DNA of 21,913 bases from Candidatus Eiseniibacteriota bacterium. Its GTDB lineage: Bacteria; Eisenbacteria; RBG-16-71-46. The stretch spans positions 1 through 21,913 of the forward strand of contig JBGPFC010000051.1 of assembly GCA_041483195.1 (NCBI GenBank), in the 5' to 3' direction. Position numbers and translations under genes: made by a program. Shown piece after piece: positions 8,037 to 16,847 of this stretch (position 1 is its first letter; every line of letters starts with the position of its first letter). The notes under the pieces were generated by a model. It did no database searches. It was not told the origin of the DNA and was given only the letters and a program-made list of their open reading frames with translations.

Positions 8037-8885
8037 CTAGAACGCCTGGCCCACGCCGAGCCCGAAGCCCATCGTGTTGAACGAATGGCCGCTCCCGCGG
8101 ATCGGCTGAGTGCCGGCGGAGGTCGGCAGCGGCCCGAAATCGGGGCGGGCCATCAGCCGGATCTGGAGGCTGAAGTCGAGGAAGAGACGTGAGGGAGCCG
8201 GCCCGCCGCGACGCCACTCAGACGGCACCTCGATCCTGACCCCGCCCTCGAACACCGCACCCGGGCTCGTCCGCGCATAATGGGTGGTGAGGTCCTCGAT
8301 TCTGGATTCGGTCACGTGGAGCTTCAGCAGATTGAGCGATGGCCCGGCGGCGGCGTGCAGGGAGACGGCCCCCGGGGGGCCGGCGCCGCGGCGCCCTAAG
8401 TGATCGCGCCCGATGAGCAGCGCGAATGACGTCGCGCTCGCGGTCAGATCGACATCGGTGCCGCCGGCGTGCCCGGTGCTCCCTCCGAGCGCCGCCACCG
8501 AGAGCATGATCCCGAAGCTCAAGTCGTTCGCCAGCGCGTGACGGCCGGTGAGCGTGAGGCTGCCGCCGATCGGGTTGGATTCGGGGTACTGCTTCGCCTC
8601 GCACCCGAATATGCACGCCAGGCCGAGCAGCGGATCGGAGCAGAAGTCGCAGTTGAGATCCTCGCCCAGGCCCGCGTCATCCAGCGCGCGGCCCGCCTGG
8701 CCGCCGAAGCTCCCGCCGGTGAGTGCGCCCGAGAGCATGAGGCTGGAACGCCCGGCGGGCGCCGCCGCGCAGGGTTCCGCGCGGCAGCACAGGACGGCGA
8801 GCGACATCGCGACGCCGAACGCGACGCGCAGATGGCTCGCAAACGGTCTCGAGGACGGGTGCCGATTTCGCGGCCCGGACGGCAT
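8037..8885 (-). CDS. Hypothetical exported protein, probable outer-membrane beta-barrel (up to 282 aa)
   Basis: Signal-like N-terminus, alternating amphipathic strands (GSLTLTGR, LSFGIML, LHAAAGPSL, FEGGVRI, LFLDFSLQI) and C-terminal FGLGVGQAF ending in Phe. Start uncertain. Confidence 0.6.
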   Translation of the reverse strand: MPSGPRNRHPSSRPFASHLRVAFGVAMSLAVLCCRAEPCAAAPAGRSSLMLSGALTGGSFGGQAGRALDDAGLGEDLNCDFCSDPLLGLACIFGCEAKQYPESNPIGGSLTLTGRHALANDLSFGIMLSVAALGGSTGHAGGTDVDLTASATSFALLIGRDHLGRRGAGPPGAVSLHAAAGPSLNLLKLHVTESRIEDLTTHYARTSPGAVFEGGVRIEVPSEWRRGGPAPSRLFLDFSLQIRLMARPDFGPLPTSAGTQPIRGSGHSFNTMGFGLGVGQAF

Positions 8886-9087
8886 GTGCCCTCAGCGAGC
8901 GCCGGAAGGTCTGGACGGCCGTGAGGTCGCGCCGTCTCCGACGACGACACGAACGGTACAGCAGGCGCGGTCGTGCGTCTCGCGCAGAATTCGGGGCGGT
9001 CTCGGGGCGGGGCGGGCGATCATCGACGGGATCCCCGCGCCGGCCGCGGCGCACGCGCGGCGCCCTTCGTGTGCGCGTCGCCCACGG

Positions 9088-9096
9088 TGCTACCCT
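9088..9096 (+). promoter_or_regulatory. Putative extended -10 element (TGcTACCCT) for a leaderless glcD transcript
   Basis: TGn-TAnnnT ends 7 nt before ATG 9104; no SD sequence. Confidence 0.45.
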
Positions 9097-9103
9097 GCGC
9101 GAC

Positions 9104-10597
9104 ATGCCTCTCACGAGCGATCATCTCGACGAGCTGCGCGCCATTCTCGGCGGCGACGGGGTGCTCGACTCCGAGGCCGCGCGCTTCACGTACGAGGCCG
9201 ACGCGCTGATGCTCGAGAAGCACACGCCCGATTGTGTAGTGCTGCCGCGCTCGACCGACGAGGTCGCGGCGGTGGTGCGCTGGGCGCACGCGCGCGGCAT
9301 TCCGGTGACGCCGCGCGGCGCGGGCACCGGGCTCGCCGGCGGCGCGACGCCCGAGCGCGGCGGGATCGTGCTGTCGGTCAATCGCATGGACCGCGTGCTG
9401 AGCGTGGACGCCGATCGCATGTTCGCGTGGGTCGAGCCCGGGCTCGTGAACCTCGAGCTGTCGAAGCAGGTCGCGCCGCACGGGCTCTACTACGCGCCCG
9501 ATCCCGCTTCCCAGCAGGTGAGCACCATCGGCGGCAACGTCGCCACCAACGCGGGCGGGCCGCACTGCCTCAAGTACGGCGTCACGCTCAACCACGTGCT
9601 CGGCATCGTCGCGGTGCTGCCCGACGGCACGGTGATGGCGCTCGGCGGCGAATCGCCCGACGCGCCCGACTTCGATCTCGCGTCGGTGATCGTCGGCAGC
9701 GAAGGCACGCTCGCGATCGTCACCGAGATCTGCGTGCGGCTGCTCCCGAAGCCGGAGGCGGTCAAGACCATGCTCTTCGACTTCGTGACCATCGAGGAGG
9801 CGTGCCGCACGGTCTCGGCGGCGATCGCGGCCGGCATCGTGCCGGCGGCGATGGAGATCATGGACCAGCACACCACCACCCTGGTGGAATCGTGGCTGCA
9901 CATCGGGCTGCCGACCGACGCGGGCGCGGTGCTGCTGATCGAGGTGGACGGTCCCGCGATGAGCCTCGACCCGCAGGTCACGCGCATCTCGGAGCTGGCA
10001 CGAGCCAACGGCACGCGCTCGATCCGCATCGCGCGCGATGACGCCGAGCGCGCCGCGATCTGGCGCGGGCGCAAGTCGGCGTTCGGCGCATACGGCCGCA
10101 CCGCGAGCGGCTTCTACATCATGGACGGCGTGGTGCCGCGCACCCGGCTCGCCGAGGCGATCACCGCGGTCTACCGCATGTGCGCGGAGCGGGGGCTCGA
10201 TGCCGGCAACGTGTTTCATGCGGGCGACGGCAACCTGCATCCGCACGTGCTGTTCGACGCGGCGGACGTGCGCGCGCAACAGGCGGCGCTCGAGGTGTCG
10301 CACGAGATCCTGCGCATGTGCATCCGCATGGGCGGCACCATCTCGGGCGAGCACGGCGTGGGCATCGAGAAGCGTCCGATGATGAACGAGCTGTTCGCGC
10401 CGGCCGACCTCGCGACCATGGAGCGGCTGCGGCACGCGTTCAATCCCGACGGCCTGCTCAATCCCGACAAGATCCTGCCCGCCGGCGGCGGATGCCGCGA
10501 GGGCGATCACGCGCACGCGGCCGCCGCGAGCGGCGCGCAGCCCGCGCAGCTGGGCGGGATGCGCCCGCGCGGCGACGTCGAGGGACCATGGATATGA
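9104..10597 (+). CDS. glcD: Glycolate oxidase subunit GlcD-like FAD-linked oxidase (497 aa)
   Basis: PRGAGTGLAGGA, YAPDPASQQVSTIGGNVATNAGGPHCLKYGVT, GSEGTL, VFHAGDGNLHP, TISGEHGVG.EK and LNPDKI motifs. Start reassigned to ATG 9104. Confidence 0.9.
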   Translation: MPLTSDHLDELRAILGGDGVLDSEAARFTYEADALMLEKHTPDCVVLPRSTDEVAAVVRWAHARGIPVTPRGAGTGLAGGATPERGGIVLSVNRMDRVLSVDADRMFAWVEPGLVNLELSKQVAPHGLYYAPDPASQQVSTIGGNVATNAGGPHCLKYGVTLNHVLGIVAVLPDGTVMALGGESPDAPDFDLASVIVGSEGTLAIVTEICVRLLPKPEAVKTMLFDFVTIEEACRTVSAAIAAGIVPAAMEIMDQHTTTLVESWLHIGLPTDAGAVLLIEVDGPAMSLDPQVTRISELARANGTRSIRIARDDAERAAIWRGRKSAFGAYGRTASGFYIMDGVVPRTRLAEAITAVYRMCAERGLDAGNVFHAGDGNLHPHVLFDAADVRAQQAALEVSHEILRMCIRMGGTISGEHGVGIEKRPMMNELFAPADLATMERLRHAFNPDGLLNPDKILPAGGGCREGDHAHAAAASGAQPAQLGGMRPRGDVEGPWI

Positions 10598-10655
10598 TGA
10601 GCGGCGCGAAACGCGCGGGTGCGGCGCGCCGCGGCGCGGGCGCGGGGCGCGGCGC

Positions 10656-11891
10656 ATGAGCGCCACGCTCGGACTGGACGCGGCGCGGGCGGTCGATCCG
10701 GCGCGATTTCGGCTCGGCACCACGGTGCCGCGCGCCGCGCTGCGTCCCGCGAATCGCGACGAGGTGGCGGAAGCCCTGCGCGCCGCGACCCGTGACGAGC
10801 TCGCCGTGATCCCGTGGGGCGGCGGCGTGGCGCTGGAGCGGGAGCGCGCGCCCGCGCGCTACGATCTCGCGCTCGACCTCGGCGCGCTCGACCGCATCGT
10901 CGAGTACGAGCCAGAAGACTTGACTCTCACCGCGGAGTGCGGCGTCACCATCGCGACGCTGCGCGCGACGCTCGCCGCGCGCGGACAGGAGCTGCCGCTC
11001 GAGGCCGCGCACGCCGCGCGCGCGACGCTGGGCGGAACGCTCGCGGCCAATGCGTCGGGCGCGCGGCGGCTGCGCTTCGGCGCGCCGCACGATCGCATCC
11101 TCGGCGCGCGGTTCGCCCTCGGCGACGGCACGCTCGCACGCACCGGCGGCAAGGTGGTGAAGAACGTCGCGGGGTACGGCATCCATCGGCTGCTGTGCGG
11201 CGCGCGCGGCGGGCTCGCCGTGATGCTCGAGGCCAGCCTCAAGCTGATGCCCGCGCCGGAGCGGCGCGTCGCGCTGATCTACGACGTCGAGCCGCGGCGG
11301 CTCGCGGACGCCCCGCTCTGGACGCCGTTCGCGCGCATGGAGCCGTCCGCGCTCACCGTGATCGGCCGCGCGTGCGCCGGGCGGCTGCCGGTGCCCGCGC
11401 CGGGCGCAGGGCTCGCGCTGATCGTCGGCATCGAGGACGACGCGCCGTGGACCGCGCGGCAGATCGAGCGCGTGAGCGCGATGCTCGGAACGCCGGTCGC
11501 GCGCGCCGGGGCAGACGAGGCGGTCGCGCTGTGGCAGGCGATCGCGGACCTCGAGGAGTTCGCGCCGGAGCGATTGAGCTTCGCGTCATCGCACCACACG
11601 CCGCATGGATTGTCCGATGCGCTGCCCGATGCGCTGCTGGAACGGTCGGTCTTCCACGCGCCCGCCGGCCGGCTGCATCTTTTCCCCGGGGACGGCGACG
11701 TGGCCGCGACGATCGCGGCGCTCGCGGAGCGCGGCTTCACGCTGACCGACGCGCGCCTCGAGCGCGCGATCGAGCCCACGCAACCGCCGCAGCAGGCGGT
11801 GCGCGAGCTGCGCGCGCGCATTCGCGCCGCGCTCGATCCCGGATCGCGCTTCGCGCTGGGCGAGCGCTGGGAGCGCGGCGCAGGCGGGTGA
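10656..11891 (+). CDS. glcE: Glycolate oxidase FAD-binding subunit GlcE-like (411 aa)
   Basis: IVEYEPEDLTLTAECG, ATLGG.LAANASG.RRLRFG..DRILG and GGKVVKNVAGY motifs; follows glcD. Confidence 0.82.
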   Translation: MSATLGLDAARAVDPARFRLGTTVPRAALRPANRDEVAEALRAATRDELAVIPWGGGVALERERAPARYDLALDLGALDRIVEYEPEDLTLTAECGVTIATLRATLAARGQELPLEAAHAARATLGGTLAANASGARRLRFGAPHDRILGARFALGDGTLARTGGKVVKNVAGYGIHRLLCGARGGLAVMLEASLKLMPAPERRVALIYDVEPRRLADAPLWTPFARMEPSALTVIGRACAGRLPVPAPGAGLALIVGIEDDAPWTARQIERVSAMLGTPVARAGADEAVALWQAIADLEEFAPERLSFASSHHTPHGLSDALPDALLERSVFHAPAGRLHLFPGDGDVAATIAALAERGFTLTDARLERAIEPTQPPQQAVRELRARIRAALDPGSRFALGERWERGAGG

Positions 11892-12032
11892 TTCGCGGCG
11901 CGGTGTAAACTCCGCAGCGCCCGCCGGGCACGGGAGTCGCACTCGCCCCCCGCTCGGGATGACCGCGGGCGCGCGCTCTGATAGCCTCGCGCGCTCACCC
12001 GTCTTCCGCTCACGCCCGCCCGGAGGCTTCCC

Positions 12033-13031
12033 ATGGACTGGATGTCGTTCGTTCCCGTGCTGCTGGTGCTCGGCGGCGACGGCGGCGCGCCCGCCCCGCT
12101 CGCGCACACCTACTCGATCGTCGCGCGCGATCCCGCCACCGGCGAGATGGGGGTGGCCGTGCAATCCCACTACTTCTCGGTGGGCCCGGTGGTGCCGTGG
12201 GCCGAGGCCGGCGTGGGCGCGGTCGCGACGCAGTCGTTGGTGCTCGTGGACTACGGCCCCAACGGGCTCGCCCTGATGCGGCAGGGCATGAGCGCGCAGG
12301 AGGCGCTGGACTCGCTGATCAAGGCCGACTCGAATCCCGACGTGCGGCAGGTGGCGATGGTGGACGCGAAGGGCAACGTCGCCGCGCACACCGGCAAGAG
12401 CTGCATCCCGGACGCGGGGCACAAGACCGGAAACCAGTACTCGTGCGAAGCCAATCTCATGTCGAACCCCACCATCTGGCCGGCGATGAGCGCTGCGTTC
12501 GAAAAAGCGCAGGGCGATCTCGCCGAGCGCATGCTCCAGGCGCTCGAGGCGGCCGAGAAGGCGGGCGGCGACATTCGCGGCCGGCAATCCGCCGCGATGG
12601 TGATCGTGAAGGCGCAATCGAGCGGCAAGCCGTGGGCGGATCGCGTGATCGACCTGCGCGTCGAGGACAGCATCGACCCGCTGAAGGAATTGCGCCGCCT
12701 GGTCAAGCTGCGCCGCGCGTACAACGCGGAGGATCAGGGCGACAACTTCATCGCCGACAAGAAGCCGGCGGAGGCCGCGAAGGCCTACGCCGAGGCGACG
12801 CGGCTCGCGCCCGACGTGGTCGAGCTCCAGTTCTGGGCGGCGGTCTCGATGTTCACGAACGGCCAGGAGGCCGAGGCGCTCAAGCTCTTCCGCGAGGTCT
12901 TCTCGAGAGAGAAGCGCTGGGTCGACCTGGTACCGAGGCTCGCGAAGGTCGGGCTGTTCCCGAACGACGCGAAGAAGATCGAAGAGGTCCAGCGCCAACG
13001 CCCGCGCTCGCGGCTCGAACGGGCTCGATGA
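12033..13031 (+). CDS. DUF1028 family Ntn-hydrolase-like protein with C-terminal TPR-like region (332 aa)
   Basis: H|TYSIVARDP.TGEMGVAVQS, GVGAVATQS, AAHTG, GGDIRGRQSAA and DLRVED motifs; GGAGG SD; leader precedes the Thr. Confidence 0.88.
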   Translation: MDWMSFVPVLLVLGGDGGAPAPLAHTYSIVARDPATGEMGVAVQSHYFSVGPVVPWAEAGVGAVATQSLVLVDYGPNGLALMRQGMSAQEALDSLIKADSNPDVRQVAMVDAKGNVAAHTGKSCIPDAGHKTGNQYSCEANLMSNPTIWPAMSAAFEKAQGDLAERMLQALEAAEKAGGDIRGRQSAAMVIVKAQSSGKPWADRVIDLRVEDSIDPLKELRRLVKLRRAYNAEDQGDNFIADKKPAEAAKAYAEATRLAPDVVELQFWAAVSMFTNGQEAEALKLFREVFSREKRWVDLVPRLAKVGLFPNDAKKIEEVQRQRPRSRLERAR

Positions 13032-13053
13032 GGCCGCGGGGACGGGCGAGCGA

Positions 13054-14904
<1,851 letters not shown>

Positions 14905-15206
14905 CAGGGGCCGGGCCGCCGGGGGCCTGCGGGGAGCCGCCCCGAGGTAGCCCGAAGGTGGCCCGGCGCCCCGCCCGCGACGCCCGGTATTAATGAGCAA
15001 ATTCCGGGCGGGGCGCGTGGTTCCGGGCGGCCCCGGGCCCCGAGGGGCGCGAAGAATTCCAACAGGCGCGGCGATTGTGTGTATTCTCCGCCCTGTGCCG
15101 GCCGGGTAGGGATCCGGCCGGAAGATCGGAACCGTGTTCCGGGAGACGCTCGCGCGACCATGTCGCCGCGCCGCTTCGCGGACGGAGACTCAGGAGGAGG
15201 TGCCGC

Positions 15207-15548
15207 ATGGCCAGGAAGAAGGCGAAGAAGGCCGCACGGAAGAAGGCGAAGAAGAAAGCCACCCCACGCCGCAAGACCGCGCGCCGCGCGCCGGCCCGCC
15301 GCAAGCCCGCGAAGAAGAAGGCGGCGCCGAAGCGGAAGGCCGCGAAGAAGAAGGCGGTGAAGAAGAAGGCCGTCGCGAAGAAGAAGGCGGCCCCGAAGAA
15401 GGCCGCGGCGCCGAAGAAGATCGCGGCGCCCGCTCCGATGCCGGTGCCCGATGTCGAACCCGAGATGCCGTTCGACATGATCCCGCCGGACAACGAAGAG
15501 ATGCCGACGGGCGACAACGGCGAGGGGGGCGACGAGCCTAGCTTCTAG
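15207..15548 (+). CDS. Histone H1-like Lys/Ala-rich protein with acidic C-terminal tail (113 aa)
   Basis: Strong SD AGGAGGAGG (15192-15200). Residues 1-71 contain 29 Lys and 9 Arg in AKKK/APKK repeats; the last 32 residues contain 11 Asp/Glu and no basic residue. Confidence 0.85.
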   Translation: MARKKAKKAARKKAKKKATPRRKTARRAPARRKPAKKKAAPKRKAAKKKAVKKKAVAKKKAAPKKAAAPKKIAAPAPMPVPDVEPEMPFDMIPPDNEEMPTGDNGEGGDEPSF

Positions 15549-15575
15549 CCGAACGCACCGCAGCATTCCATTCCG

Positions 15576-15620
15576 ATCGAGGCCGTTCTCCGCGCATGCG
15601 GCGGGCGGCCTCGATGTTTC
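15576..15620 (+). terminator. Probable intrinsic terminator after the H1-like gene
   Basis: ATCGAGGCCG (15576-15585) pairs perfectly with CGGCCTCGAT (15606-15615), with an inner CCGC/GCGG stem. The tail GTTTC is short. Confidence 0.55.
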
Positions 15621-15691
15621 CCGTGTCGCGCGGGCTCAACCCCGGCGTATAGACTGCCCGAAGCCTGTCGCGAGGTCACCGGAGGAATCAC

Positions 15692-16819
15692 ATGCACGCG
15701 CAGCGCGGAAGAAACCCCCACATCACCGGCCCGCGCATCGAGCCGCCCCCGATCACGGGCCGCGAGAGCGCGGCCGATCTGGTCGAGCACGCGTTCCTCG
15801 CATACAACGCGGCGCGGCTGCGCGAGGGCGCGCGGCTGCTCACCGAGCGCATGCTGCAGGCCGACGTGACGGTGGCGCTCTCGATCACCGGCGCGCTCAC
15901 GCCCGCGGGGCTCGGCATGAGCGCGATCATTCCGCTGATGGAGGCGGGCTTCGTGGACTGGATCGTCTCGACCGGCGCGAATCTCTACCACGACGCGCAT
16001 TTCGGTCTCGGGCTCGGCATGCATCGCGGCAGCTTCGAGGCCGACGACGTGAAGCTGCGCGAGCAGGGCGTGGTGCGCATCTACGACATCTTCTTCGACT
16101 ACACCGTGCTGCTCGACACCGACGCGTTCTTCCGCGAGATCATCGCCGCCCCCGAGTTCCAGCGCACCATGAGCACCGCCGAATTCCACTTCATGTGCGG
16201 CAAGTACGTGCGCGCGCGCGAGGAGGCGCTGGGGCTCGAGCGCCGCTCGCTGCTCGCCGCGGCGTGGGAGTTCGGCGTGCCCATCTACACCTCGTCGCCC
16301 GGCGACTCCTCGATCGGCATGAACGTCGCGGCCAAGGCGCTCGAGGGCAACCGCCTCGCGTTCGACGTGAGCGCCGACGTGAACGAGACCGCGGCGATCG
16401 TGTGGGACGCGAAGGCGGGCGGCGGCAAGAGCGCGGTGTGGATCCTGGGCGGCGGCAGCCCCAAGAACTTCCTGCTCCAGACCGAGCCGCAGATCCAGGA
16501 AGTGCTCGGCATCGAGGAGAAGGGCCACGACTATTTCCTCGCCGTGACCGACGCGCGGCCCGACACCGGCGGGCTTTCGGGCGCGACCCCGGCCGAGGCC
16601 GTGAGCTGGGGCAAGATCGATCCCGAGCAGCTGCCGGGCACGGTGATCTGCTACTGCGACTCCACCATCGCGCTGCCGCTGCTCACGAGCTACGCGCTCG
16701 CGCGTCACGCGCCGCGCGCGCGCAAGCGGCTATACGACCGCCGCGGCGACCTGATGAAGCGCCTGCGCGAGACGTATTTCGCGAGCGGGCGGGCGGCCGA
16801 GAGCAAGGCCGAGCGCTAG
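15692..16819 (+). CDS. speY: Deoxyhypusine synthase-like protein, probably homospermidine-forming SpeY type (375 aa)
   Basis: [44 protein letters not shown], and [17 protein letters not shown] containing the catalytic Lys. GGAGG SD; TAGACT -10-like hexamer at 15650. DHS family is secure; the speY symbol is less so. Confidence 0.85.
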   Translation: MHAQRGRNPHITGPRIEPPPITGRESAADLVEHAFLAYNAARLREGARLLTERMLQADVTVALSITGALTPAGLGMSAIIPLMEAGFVDWIVSTGANLYHDAHFGLGLGMHRGSFEADDVKLREQGVVRIYDIFFDYTVLLDTDAFFREIIAAPEFQRTMSTAEFHFMCGKYVRAREEALGLERRSLLAAAWEFGVPIYTSSPGDSSIGMNVAAKALEGNRLAFDVSADVNETAAIVWDAKAGGGKSAVWILGGGSPKNFLLQTEPQIQEVLGIEEKGHDYFLAVTDARPDTGGLSGATPAEAVSWGKIDPEQLPGTVICYCDSTIALPLLTSYALARHAPRARKRLYDRRGDLMKRLRETYFASGRAAESKAER

Positions 16820-16847
16820 GGCGCGTCCGCCGCAGCGTCGACGCCCG

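Noticed and set aside
11888..11908. Mini-ORF (M)IRGAV overlapping the glcE stop
   Set aside because: It ends at a TAA well upstream of the next start, so it bridges nothing. It shows that single overlaps arise by chance.
14905..15206. Known ncRNA (tRNA, SRP, 6S, riboswitch) or CRISPR array
   Set aside because: No diagnostic motifs or regularly spaced repeats were recognised here or elsewhere in the window; an Rfam search is still needed.
14990..15517. Minus-strand Phe/Ala-rich ORF resembling a membrane protein
   Set aside because: It is the reverse complement of the AAG/GCG repeats of the H1-like gene, which has the strong SD.
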